DNA of 64,000 bases from a virus. The DNA lies in IMG/VR virus record IMGVR_UViG_3300034175_000060, positions 22,209 to 86,208 of that record; one strand, given 5' to 3'. Below, piece after piece: positions 28,176 to 39,579 of the stretch. A program made the translations under genes and the position numbers. The notes below the pieces were generated by a model that saw only the letters and a program-made list of their open reading frames with translations, was not told the origin of the DNA and did no database searches. Positions within the stretch are counted from its first letter, which is position 1; each line of letters begins with the position of its first letter.

Positions 28176-28688
28176 TCATACACCTACCTTATCAGCCATC
28201 CATCGAACAACTTTCTGCACTACAGAATGTTTCACTTTAGCAACAGGTTCAAGCTTCTTAAGAGATTCACTAATCTTGTGCAACACTTGTACAGAATCTT
28301 TCCTGAAGTCTGTTTCAAAGATTGCCTTAATATTATTAGCTGCCAAGCTTACAGAGATGGTATTTTCTACAGTGTAGCCTTTCTCACAGTCAACACGTTC
28401 TAGTGTCAAGTCTGTGGGCCGACGTACGTTATCACTTCCTGTACGAGTAAGCTTGATGCCTGTGTATGCACAATGTTCCACTTTTAACAACTCTTCTACA
28501 TCTTGACGAGTTAAAGAGAAAGCAATCTTACGCGCCCTACTGCTGTTAGCTTTGTTGCGATAGAAATTATCTATACGGTGTTCGGTCCATGGCTCGGAGT
28601 CAGCAGGAGGCAAGTTCTTTACAGTTTCTGCTTTCACTTTCTTCACAGCTTTTCTTTGCACAGCTTTAGGTATTTTAACAGTAGTCAT
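28176..28688 (-). CDS. T4 Srd-like (putative anti-sigma / HNH-fold) protein
   Basis: RKIAFSLT...CAYTG...LTLERVDCEKGYTVENTISV...N resembles my recollection of T4 Srd (CAYSG...LSLERFD...GYIKGNVIAV). Confidence 0.6.
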   Translation of the reverse strand: MTTVKIPKAVQRKAVKKVKAETVKNLPPADSEPWTEHRIDNFYRNKANSSRARKIAFSLTRQDVEELLKVEHCAYTGIKLTRTGSDNVRRPTDLTLERVDCEKGYTVENTISVSLAANNIKAIFETDFRKDSVQVLHKISESLKKLEPVAKVKHSVVQKVVRWMADKVGV

Positions 28689-31136
28689 AATCTCACCCAT
28701 GTTTGATAATCACCCTCACTATACTCCCTGCCATTCACCCTATCCCTAGCCTTCTCAATCTCTACCAGCGCCTCCCTATGCCCCTCACAAGCCCTGTTCG
28801 CTTGATCGTCGCTAAGCCTCCACAGTGCTGGCACGCGAAGCTCTCCTAGAGCCTTACAGAACGTGCAATAGGTGTTTATGTGCTTAGGAATGTGTACATC
28901 AATGCACCTCCACACTATCCACATAATACCTAGTATCCTTCCCTGCCATAGCTTGCAACTCCTTAGCCATCTTCATAGCATCATCTTTCTTAAGGTAACA
29001 GATAATAGTTTTGGAATGGGAGTATTCCGGCTTATTTTGTTGTACTCTATAAATAATCATTTCAAATCCCATTCCAACTGTCTGTTACAAGCGACATATC
29101 CGATGACAATACAATGTGCCACCAGTCCCATTCACACTTACTTTTCCTATCAATGTCCCACTCATGATAGTAACCAGCTTCAAAGAATTCTACAGCTTCA
29201 TCCAAGCTATCAAAGTCTCCTTGGTAATCATTAATACCACCATTGGCGTGGAAGTTGTTTCCAGCAAATAACAAATAAGCTTTCATTAGTCAATCCTTTG
29301 GTTATTAACAGCTTCCAATGCCAAGCAAATACCGTAAAGATTCCCTTTATCCCACTCTGTCCAACCTTCTTTGGCAGAGTATTCTAGAAGTAAGGTTTTT
29401 AATTTGTCTTCCACAGACGTACTACTTTCCTCCAACCTACAAATCATAGCACGAAGCCGCTTAGTTTCATCTAAGAATGTCTCAAGCTTCACATAGGTTC
29501 CTTGCTCAGATTCTACCATGACGGCATAATGCCACTCTGAGGAGGATTCACCACCACCATAACATTGCTCTGTTTCAATAGCAGGGCTAAATTTGCGTAC
29601 CATAGTCATTCCTCAAAAATGATGTGCACCATGACAATCTTCTGCAAAGGTAGTTTGGCTAAAATCATTCCGTAGCTTCACTTCCACACTTGTATTAGCA
29701 TGATTATACTTAGTCTCTGCCGAATATTCCACTTCTACACTAACTTGCAAGTACTTCTCAACAGCAGCCATAACAGCCGCGTCGAAGTCTTCTTGTGTGT
29801 CGAATGTAATCATATCACACCATCCTAGACAGCGCATCACGCGCATCAATTAGAGCATCATAGGCACTATCGCAATCTTCCTTCAAGCTGTTCAAGTCGG
29901 AAATAAACTCATCAAGCTTATCCCGGTCTTGTGCAATCTTTATCATATGCTTGTCAATACCTCTGATAATACTTTTAATCTTAGTTTTAGTTAGCATGTT
30001 ATTCCTGCTCCAATGTTATTCGTTTCACTCAAGCCCTCTCGCTTATTGCTCAAGGGTAATTGTGCCGACAAACTTTGTAAATTCGCTACGCTTCCAAGCT
30101 GTGCAATGTTCTCCGGTTTGGTTGTAAGAGCCTAGCTTTGGCCGATTGATAATAACACCAGCAAAGTAATTCTCGCCCTCATAGACGTTACCATCTGTTA
30201 CCAGCAATAAAAAGTCATGTTGGTCAATCACCAAGCTCCCCGGCTTGAAAATGTCCTCGGAGGAAGCTTCTTTGTGTTCGATTGTTATTTTCATGCTTTA
30301 TTCTCCAATCGTGCAAAAACACCACCTCTGGATGTAATTGATGTCTTACATTGAGACATATACTCTAGCGACATTTTGTAGTTGTTGTATTGTTGTTGAA
30401 ATTTCTCTTCGCCGGTTTCTGCAAAACGTATTGCCGCCGCCTGCATAGAGTCTTTTACCAAACTAATTTTATAGTCAAATTCTTTAATAATTTCTAGGTA
30501 GAGTTCGTGGCCGGTGGTCATTATTTATTCCTTCACACAATGGTCAATACTAAGTTGCAGAGCCAAACACAGCGCCTCTAGCTTATGCTCTGGCAAATCT
30601 TTCAGCAACGAATAATCATCTAAGACACCGGCGATGATTTCGACCAAGTCTTTAGTGCTTACGGTGAGGGTTTTCATAATTATTTCCATTCATTGTAAGA
30701 GCCTCCACGGCTCGATTGACGTTCAGGCTACATACAGACGTATTCGTCAAATAGCGATCCTGAGTGGCTTACAGGCTGTTGTAGAGGTATTCTAAGGCTG
30801 TTCTCCGCACTCAGCAAGGAACTGTGCCATGCTAGCCTCTTGATGTGCCTGCCAAGCTTGCACATAAGCATTGTGATAGAAGTTAAGACCATCTCGATAG
30901 AAAGTGTTTTCAACCTCTTTCCATTTCTTGTATGCTGCTTTGGCTTCCAAGCGTGTACGATGAAATTCCTCTGTGACTGAGAAGTTTACAAGTGTTGGTT
31001 GAATTTTCATGATTTTCCTCGTTTCGTTATGTGCTGCCATGTGTTAAGAATAACCGAATTCAGAACATTACACAAGAATTATTTACAAATTTATTTAACA
31101 GCGCACAAAACTGCCCGCTTGTACGGGCGGGGTTGC

Positions 31137-31334
31137 TTAGGTGGTAGCGACTGGCACGTTATGCGCGGGAATGAATTCCATGCCGTTAAACTGGCGAATC
31201 TTAATTTCCTTGCCGCAGCAGTTGCATATAGTTTTGTCGCCTACTTGCTTGATGCTGTAGAAGTCACGGCCAACAAGGCGGTAGCCGCTGGCTTCACATT
31301 TGTTCCAGTTGGTTTTGCGCTTCGCCATGATCAT
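31137..31334 (-). CDS. Small Cys-containing hypothetical protein (cassette 2)
   Basis: CEASG...ICNCCGK...PAH; flanked by repeats shared with the upstream gene. Confidence 0.65.
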   Translation of the reverse strand: MIMAKRKTNWNKCEASGYRLVGRDFYSIKQVGDKTICNCCGKEIKIRQFNGMEFIPAHNVPVATT

Positions 31335-31370
31335 TTCTCCAATAGATGCCCGATTAACGGGCGGGGTTGA

Positions 31371-31631
31371 TTAGATGATGCGGCCGACAAGCTTAGAAGC
31401 CGCGATTCTGTTAGGTTGAATACTCGCAATAGCGCCGGAAATAGAACCTAAAACCGTCGCATGGGGCGCGCGCGCTTTGAGCGTGTCTTCGGCGCGAATC
31501 AACAATCCGATAAGGTCGGAATAGGTCGGAAGCTCTACGTCAGCTAAGAGCACATCAACTTCAGAAATTGCTTTAGCCCTGTGAAGCCCTGCGAGGTGGG
31601 CAATACGGTCACTTTGTTGAGACATGATCAT
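31371..31631 (-). CDS. Hypothetical protein (cassette 1)
   Basis: LADVELPTYSDL; same 19-nt RBS block as 31137-31334. Confidence 0.65.
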   Translation of the reverse strand: MIMSQQSDRIAHLAGLHRAKAISEVDVLLADVELPTYSDLIGLLIRAEDTLKARAPHATVLGSISGAIASIQPNRIAASKLVGRII

Positions 31632-32910
31632 TTCTCCAATATTCCCTGCCGGGAGTTCCGCCACGCCTGTTTCTACTTTCGTAGTACCTCGCCCATGCTC
31701 GGTTTGCGCTGCTCAATGAACATCACTATAGCACAACTACCAGAACTCGCAACAAGTATTTTAAATTATTTGCACATAAAAGAAAAACCCCTTTCGGAGC
31801 CTTTGCTAACGTACAACTACAACATCTCGACATTGATCTACGGAAATAATTATCTTGACAGCATCAAAACCTTGACACTCTCGCATGAGTTTGTTTTCCG
31901 CATCGTAATTATTTTCTGCCAAGATGTATGCAAGTCTGTTTTCTTTGAATGCTGTGTCAAAGCGGATTCGGTATATGGTCACTTCGTTTTCCTTTCACCG
32001 TTAATTTCTGGCAACTCGTCCCATTGCCAATGCATCATAAGACCTGTAATAAAATTTTCTGCCCGCCAATCTGGCAGATTCCAAAGAGAGTCTAAGCTGT
32101 CTTCCCAATGTCCGCCAACTGGTTTGCAATAGCAACAGATAAACCATTGCCCAAGGCGGACATGTGTGGGTTTTGTCGATATGAATTGGGCGAGAGTCAT
32201 TTCTTATTATCCTTTGTTGCTTTCCACATCAAAGCTAAATCCATAGCACGCCAAATTTCATCGTTGAATTTCCCTGTGGGGATTCCAAGAGTAATGCGAG
32301 CTTGGCAGTATATTACGAGTTCTTCGAAAGTGTAGTCTTTCAGTTCTTTTTGCAGGTTCATATCAAGCTTTCCAAGGGAGAATTTCAATCAATGCGTCTC
32401 TATATTTGAAATTAAACTCTTGCAATTCCTTTTCCCGATGAGCCATCATTTCACGTAGCTGTTTAATCTTCTCTTCGGCCACATCGTCAGGAAGAATAGC
32501 TTCGGGGTTTTTAAACCATCCGTGAAATTGCTCTACAAAAACCTTGTCACCATCTGTTTTAAGAACTTTACCCCAGACAACATAAGGGAACAAATCATAT
32601 TTCATGAATGCAATCATTGCGCAGCCTCCCATGTCATCAAATTCCTATCAGCCGTGCTATATGCCTCAAAGGCGTCAATATAGGCCGTTAGAGCGCTTGT
32701 ACAGACATCAACGGGCATTCCCATTAGGATGGCTTGATTGCACACCCTGAGCGCGTGTATAGCGTCTGCGCGGGTGTTTTGTGCGATGATTGTTAGGGTT
32801 TGTTGTAGGGGATTCATTTTAAGAGCCTTTAAGTAACGATTCTTTATAAGCCCTGAAAGCGGCTAACATTGCCAAGTGCTTGACATACCATTCGTTATAG
32901 GCTTCTTGGT

Positions 32911-33090
32911 TCATACTATCACCTGTTGAATACCAATATCAGAATCACCTTGTGCAACTTGCGTTCCATCTGCGCAGCCGTCCCGCCACTCCATTGCACA
33001 AATACCGAAGTTGTTTTCAATAAAAGGATTATCATCCCAACCTTTACCTTGCGTACCGGCAATAAATCCTGCTAAGTATGCTTTGGTCAT
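32911..33090 (-). CDS. Rmf/CrpP-like small protein
   Basis: AYLAGFIAG..G.....NPF......EWRDG pattern. Confidence 0.55.
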   Translation of the reverse strand: MTKAYLAGFIAGTQGKGWDDNPFIENNFGICAMEWRDGCADGTQVAQGDSDIGIQQVIV

Positions 33091-36000
33091 AATATTATTC
33101 TCCAAAAACTTGAACATGAGTATCAATCCAATTGAAAATGTATTTCAAAGCATGAGCATCTGCGACAATAACGTCGTCACCTTGCACACTACTTTCTGTT
33201 ACATCTTCACCATCACGAAACACACAAATACTGGAACGGCTCAACGAATCATAAGCACCGCAACTATCGTCCATTGCAATACTGATTTCATAGCCCTTAT
33301 AAGGGATTTTGCAGCAAGCTTGCTGTGTGCCGTTTGCAATCTTTGGGGACCAAATGTTATTCATGATATTAACCGTTGGTAGAAATGTTTGTGACTGTAA
33401 TGTACGATTTACGTTTATTTTCAAAATAATACTCAAAATCGCTGTCTTTTTGTTCCATTTTAGCACCCTTTGCAAGAGAAATTGCTACTGTGTAGGCTTC
33501 ATTTTTGGAAGCGAAAGAGCTTTGATAAACGAGTAAAGTTCCGCGATCAACCATTTGAACTTTGTACATAATAATTTTCTCCGTTTCAATATTCCGCCAT
33601 GATGGCTTGTGGGACAACATAAAAGTATTTTACACTAGTTCTTAGGATTGTCAAAGCTTATTACATCAAATCTTGTCTAAGGCTTTCGGGCGAATATTAT
33701 CATTAGCATGTGCTGCCAAGATATCGCACAAAGCACTCTCCAATTCCTCTATGCGCTCGTCAGCCTTGATAACAATTTCTGCGGCGGCATGGCGAGCGTC
33801 TCTGTGCCCTTCCCTGTAGAAATAGTGGTCCATGTTGTCTAAGAAAGTGTCAGCTTTACGAACTTCTGATAAGTTCATGATGGTATCGTGCAAGTTCATT
33901 CCGCTTCCCCTTGTGCTTTGGCAATAGCTTTAGACGCCTTGTAAAGTGCATCACATTGCAACAAGCAGTCATCATCCGCCAGAATCATTTTAAGCGCTTC
34001 TAGCATATCAGGCGCAGCAGAGAACAAACGTGCAGTAGCTTCCAATTCCTCCACAGGCGTATCACGATATCCTTGTACGTTAGCCCATACACGATTGCGA
34101 AGCTGCGCTTCTCCTTTGCGCCAGCTATCGAACTCCAGTTGATAGACAGTGGTGCAGACTACTTCAAAAGATTGTTTCGTTTCCATTCTCAATTCTCCAA
34201 TTTCAAAATTAAAGGGGCATACAGCCAAAGGCGCATCATCAAATCATTATACATGCTAAACGGGCTAACAGCGCTACGAATCGCTGACAAGCATTCTTGT
34301 ACGTCTGTTCCTGTGAGGGCGATTTCCTTGTCAGTGTTTATGACACAGTCGATAGACTTAAACCAGCAGAGGACGATGAAGCAATCCTCTTCGGAGTAGT
34401 TGCCAGAGAGTGATACTTTGGCTTGGAATAGCCATTCGTTGTATTCTGTGGTGGTCATAATACTAGCTCCGGCAAGTGACGATGAATTTAATCAAAGCTG
34501 CTTCCAATTCTGCTACACGGTCGTCTTTAGCAAGACCGGTTATTGCACAGTTCGTGCAAAGCATATCGAAAACATCATCAATCAAATCTTGCTCAGAGCA
34601 ATTAATATGCCCTGCTTCGCGTTGATCCAGCCAGAATTTAGTTTCATTGTTGATAGACATTTTATTCTCCTGTCGACTCGTTGAACTTCCAATAAACATA
34701 TTATTGCACACTCTTAAGCGCAGCGCAAGAGAAGTTCTAAGAATACTGACAACTAGAATGTGCAAGATTTATTTACTGTTGCGTAGAAACTACTGTTGTT
34801 TTATTTCATCAACTCAGCATAATCAACATCTTTGAAATTGCTTTGCTCGACCAATTCAAACCACTGTGCCAGTTCTGCACGATAGCGCGTTGCATAAGCT
34901 TGACCAAGCAAAGCTTCGTGACGAATATCGATCATACTTTCAATCGTGTAAGTGGAGGATTTGCCATCAAACAGATGTTTCACAGTGAAATACTTAGCAG
35001 CTTGACTAACGCTGAAGCCATCAACACTAGGGCGACCACTGCGATGTTTCTTTTCGGCTTCCTTTTCCAGACGCTCCAAGTTATCACGAATCAGGCCAAA
35101 GCCTTGATAGATGTCTGGAATAGCTGCAAACAGAGTGTTGATGATTTTACTAGCTTGGGTTTTGGTCATGTTCATTTTGTGCTTTCTGTATCTGGTTGTG
35201 TTCAAGTGAGTCTATTATTGCAGCTATTCCAAGAATTGTCCAGATTTATTTACACTGGTACACGTTTATGCACAATACGATGACTCCCAATCGTTCCAGC
35301 ATTCTCGCGGTATTCCTTCAGGCGCTGATTAGCTTCCTTGCGCGTTTCTTCGGTGCATTCAACGTCCCAACCATGTCCGTAATTACCTTGAATTTCAAAT
35401 TCATCTTTCAAGACACGACGCACTTTGGTTACAACAATATTCGCATCGTATCCGTCATGGCTTACCAAAGCTTGCTTAACATCTTCCACGGTGAAGCCTT
35501 CATTGTAGAACACACGGTCAATGATTTTACGGCCCAGTTTGATATTGAATGCTTGCATTTTATTTCTCCAAGAGGTTGTTTGCTTCAGTGATTCTGTTAT
35601 CTGCGATTTTCTGACTCAGTGCAAGAACTATTTACATTTATTTTGGATCAATTTGCAACAGCATTTCAATGTCAGCTTGCGGAGTCTTAGCTAGCGCTAG
35701 TTGCCGCACAAGTTCCGCACGCTCGTCGCAATGGTAGAACTTGCGAATATGGTTCATCAGATTACCAGTGTCCGAGCGTACCTGAGCAATCACACATCCC
35801 TGCCGAATAATTTTCACACTAGATTGATAGTGTCGGCTGGCGTTTGATTGGCGAATTGTATATTGTCCGATAATCATGCTTGCACCAATTCCATAGAGTA
35901 TTTACCTGAAGGAAAATCATATTTCTTTGCTTCTTCGTGTACAGCCAATTGCGACACACTGGTAAACACTACATCTTTTTCCTTCATTGGCTCAGAGTCG

Positions 36001-36967
36001 TCATAAATTCCCAAAAACCAGCAGCCAGTGTGATACATTTTCATGTGTTTTGCCAGTGGCGATGATGCATAAGCATAACCAACATTTTTAGTTTTCATAA
36101 TCCAAGCTCCTTAAATAATTCTTCATCGGAAATACTCTCTATTGTGCTATCAGCAATTCCTAAGAATTTCCGTTCTGCTGCAATTTCTTTTTCAAGCTGA
36201 TTTACCCACACTGTACGGAGCTCTTTCTCTTGAGAGGACTTTGCATTAGTTAGCCGTGTGCGCTCGTTAGAGAGGTTTAGATTTAATGCGTCTAGGTGGC
36301 TGTAGTTGTTCATGATTATCTAGCTACGTTTCTAGCAATGATTTAGCTTTGATTATTCGTTTTGCCCCGGCTTGTAATCCTTGCTGTTCATCTTTGCGAA
36401 GTTTTCAAGATATTGAATTGCCATACTCAGGCCAGCAATATCGCTTCCTATCTCTTTATCAACCGCTGTAACGGCTCTGCCGATGACATTGCTATAGTCT
36501 AGTGTAGTGGTCGCCATATGCTTACGAACGCCTAAGAATACGTTCTCTTGCAACAGGTAGCTGTTAGCGCGCTTCAGGTGGTACAGTACAGTTTCGATGC
36601 TGCGTTCTTGTGCTGCTGTAAGCTTTGCCATGATATTTCCTGTTAGTTGCGTTTCAATAGAGCTATCTTAAATCTTCTAACTGGCCTTGTCAATCAATTT
36701 TTCTCCCAAAACCAAAATTGTTCTACAAAGGATTCTACAAACTTAGCCGTAACAGGCCCGCTAGCAAGCAACTTTCCATGACCTTCAAAGCGGAGGCGCT
36801 TACCTTTGATGACAACTTGCACATACATCACTTTGTCATTGCGAGCGATAAAATTCACGTCTGTAAGAGTCGCGCCGTATTGTTGCAGAGCTTGTTTGAT
36901 AAGTTCCATGATTTTCTTCCCTGTAGTTCGTTTCGACAGACAAACTATAGCAAGCCATAATCCAACC

Positions 36968-37445
36968 GTCAAGAACTTTTCAGTCTAATTTCAGATTGGC
37001 TAAGAACATGTCAGATACGAGATAGCAATCGGTGCGGACACTATATAAAGTAGTTCTCAAGCCGTCATCCTCCGAGTGGCACAAGGCGAACAGCTAGCGA
37101 AAAAGGCTAGAGTTGTTGTATTTTGTAGAAAGTGCTTTACAGATTGCCGAAAGTCTGCAATAATATATTCACTTGCATCGGAGATGGTAAGCTAATCCAA
37201 TCCTGCCCGAATGCTTTTTCGATGTCAAACTGACAATTGTTGTCTAGAAACTTGTATTCTGGTAACATTCTGGGTAATTCTGCATGCCCTCAAACCATAG
37301 ATAATATGGTCAAAATACAAAACGACCCTCCAAGATTCGGTGAGATATAGGCAAATCGGCCAAGGCTTTTCAGTTTCGAAAAGACGTTTCACTCTGAGAC
37401 AACATTCTTCTAGATGTGAAAAAGCCACCCGAAAGTGGCTTGTTG
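36968..37445 (+). ncRNA. Candidate large structured ncRNA (~475 nt), on the strand opposite the early gene array
   Basis: Promoter TCGACA-17-CATAAT (36933-36961), more than 10 nested stems whose wobble pairs are G-U on the + strand, terminal hairpin 37422-37441, and no convincing ORF. Confidence 0.55.
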
Positions 37446-37450
37446 TTATT
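37422..37450. terminator. Probably bidirectional terminator
   Basis: AAGCCAC-CCGAAA-GTGGCTT with an A-run on the left and a T-rich tail on the right. Confidence 0.7.
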
Positions 37451-37663
37451 CTTCATATTCAAAAAGAATATACCAATGATCCTCATCATTCCTACGACCA
37501 CCTCCATACATGACATGCTTTGTTAATTCATCAATATGATAATTGTCGTTGTATTTAGACAGAGTGTTTTTGAGTTGGTACCACGTAGGCTTTTTAGCCA
37601 AGCTGCTAAAAAGTATTCACCGTATTGGTCGTATTGATTATGCTCGTCAGTTAGAATCCACAT
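37446..37663 (-). pseudogene. Frameshifted small gene (one base short in an A5 run, or a sequencing error)
   Basis: MWILTDEHNQYDQYGEYFLAAWLK continues in the -1 frame as KPTWYQLK...GGGRRNDEDHWYILFEYEE*. Span is 218 nt (3n-1). Confidence 0.6.
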
Positions 37664-38221
37664 TATTTACCTTTCTCCGGCATTTTATCTACAATAATCT
37701 CACAAATATCACAATAAGCACGCCCATTCTTGGCTCCATGCTTCACAATAGCGATCTTCGAAGCTTCTTGTGCAAGGTCGTACGTGGTATATACGCCTAC
37801 AAAGTATTGACACCAATCGTCATATTCTGCACCATTACAGTACTCTACTAGGAATAGTTTCATGGCAATTCCTCAACAAAATTATCATACTCTGCGTACA
37901 ACTTATTAATCTGTTCCTGATAGTCTTGCAATTCTTCCTCCAAGCTATCCATTTCATCAGCAATATGTTTGATTTGCTGTTGTAGTTCTTCTTTACGTGT
38001 AATATTCATTTCATCTCCGGTATGCAGTATTCTTCAGGATAGCACAAAAAGTGGGTAACAGCAACGTATTCATCAGGCATACTAATACTGTTTGCACCAT
38101 TTGAGACAGCAATTTCCATTACTTCATGTAGAATACTACTTATTTCACACATTGGGATTGGTTTCTTGTAAGTCATTTAAATCGGCCTATTGGGCAACAA
38201 TCCATTTATGCCAGCAGAACA

Positions 38222-38758
38222 TTATGGCTTCTCCGTTGGCTGTGGTTCGGCAGAATTCGCTGCAAGAAGAAGTCGAATAGCATCCGTGGCAAGTATGTAA
38301 CCTCCGTTCTCGATACCATCTCGGTAGAAGTGCGGAAGCGCATTAACTGATGCGTATATGTTATCTAGGTCAGCGTCTGACGCACAGGCGTCTTGAACCA
38401 ACCTCAAGAGTTCTTTTGCATCACTGAACTCCTCTTGGAAATGGAAGAACAATGCAATCAAATCGTCCATTCCTTTTCTATCCCAGAACTCGATGAATTC
38501 TTCAGTGGAATAACACTTCAGAGAGGTGCGCCCGCTGCCATCTGCCATAAGGATTCTTCCCGGTACGCCGGCGGCGCGCTGGGCGAGGGCGCGGGTAATT
38601 ATCAGCGTCAGGTCGGACGTAGTGACCGCAAGCATTTCCTTTTCGTCAAAGTCGTCGTTATATTCCAGTTCGCAAACGTCGCGTAAGATGGTCGAAATTA
38701 CCGCCCGCTCATCCTGCGGCAACTCCCCGCCCTGCTGTACTTCGGTATTGGTGGTCAT
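38222..38758 (-). CDS. Hypothetical protein (mosaic, temperate-phage-like accessory)
   Basis: 178 aa with a GC-rich 5' half. Confidence 0.65.
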   Translation of the reverse strand: MTTNTEVQQGGELPQDERAVISTILRDVCELEYNDDFDEKEMLAVTTSDLTLIITRALAQRAAGVPGRILMADGSGRTSLKCYSTEEFIEFWDRKGMDDLIALFFHFQEEFSDAKELLRLVQDACASDADLDNIYASVNALPHFYRDGIENGGYILATDAIRLLLAANSAEPQPTEKP

Positions 38759-39579
38759 GCTATGGTCCTTGTCATCCAGTTGGCGCAGATTGCGCGCACG
38801 TCAGGTTCTTGGGGGTCGTCGCCCAGGCAGCGGCAATGCTCTTGCAACGTGCAACGGCCTTTCACCTCTGGCTGCGCTGGTGCTGCGGCTGGCTGATGGC
38901 TGGCGGCGAGGATGGAAATTACCTCCTCTAGATGCACCCAAGCGCCCTGCGGATCGTCGCGCATGCCAAAGGAATCGGAGTCGCGAAGATCACAGACATA
39001 ACGTTTGATCCCGCTCAGCGCCACTTGCGCATGCTGCTGTGTGGCGGCTGCAAGAGCTCCGTCGCGCTCAGCCTTCATCTGGTAAAACATGGTCTCGGTT
39101 CCGGCCTTCTGCGCCTTCAGTTCTTCGATATGGTTTTGCTGGTGCGCGGCCACTTCCTCACGCGCTGCCGCCACGGCTCGCGCTGTGTGGGCGTCGACAT
39201 ACTGAATAACCTGCGTCGAGCAGAACACTGTCTCGCCATAGTTGCGAAGCACGTCGCGAAACTCGTCGCTATCCACCGATGCCGCTGGTGTGGCGGATAC
39301 GTAAGTGCCATTCATGACTAGCTCTATTTCTTGCTCTGTGAATCCGCGCCCATTTGGAGAAACAAAGAACCCGTGCTCGTTTCTGATGGAGTCACCGGCT
39401 ACCCAAAGTAATGGACCATGAATTTCCAGCAATGCTTTATGCATTTGACGCTGACTCTCAATTGTAAATTGCACACCACATTCAGTCCCCATCATGTGCA
39501 ACCCTCGCAAAGCATCACGTGCAATATCCTTAGCATCCGCTTGCGTAGCCTTATCAAAATCATTCATAATTCTCTCCAA
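38755..39579 (-). CDS. Hypothetical protein (mosaic, temperate-phage-like accessory)
   Basis: About 270 aa with an AT-rich 5' part, GC-rich 3' part and Ala/Pro/Gln linkers. Confidence 0.65.
   Translation of the reverse strand: MERIMNDFDKATQADAKDIARDALRGLHMMGTECGVQFTIESQRQMHKALLEIHGPLLWVAGDSIRNEHGFFVSPNGRGFTEQEIELVMNGTYVSATPAASVDSDEFRDVLRNYGETVFCSTQVIQYVDAHTARAVAAAREEVAAHQQNHIEELKAQKAGTETMFYQMKAERDGALAAATQQHAQVALSGIKRYVCDLRDSDSFGMRDDPQGAWVHLEEVISILAASHQPAAAPAQPEVKGRCTLQEHCRCLGDDPQEPDVRAICANWMTRTIA

Noticed and set aside
37055-37100. HDV/theta-like ribozyme (GTCA-TCCTCCGAG-TGGC...GGCGAA)
   Set aside because: The L3-like loop is suggestive, but no P1 or P2 partner strands could be assigned.
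37339-37352. Group I intron S-like sequence GAGATATAGGC
   Set aside because: No matching R element or P7 context, and no interrupted + strand gene.
37225-37428. 67-aa - strand ORF from the track
   Set aside because: No SD, it starts inside a terminator hairpin and has atypical composition. The region is better explained as structured RNA.
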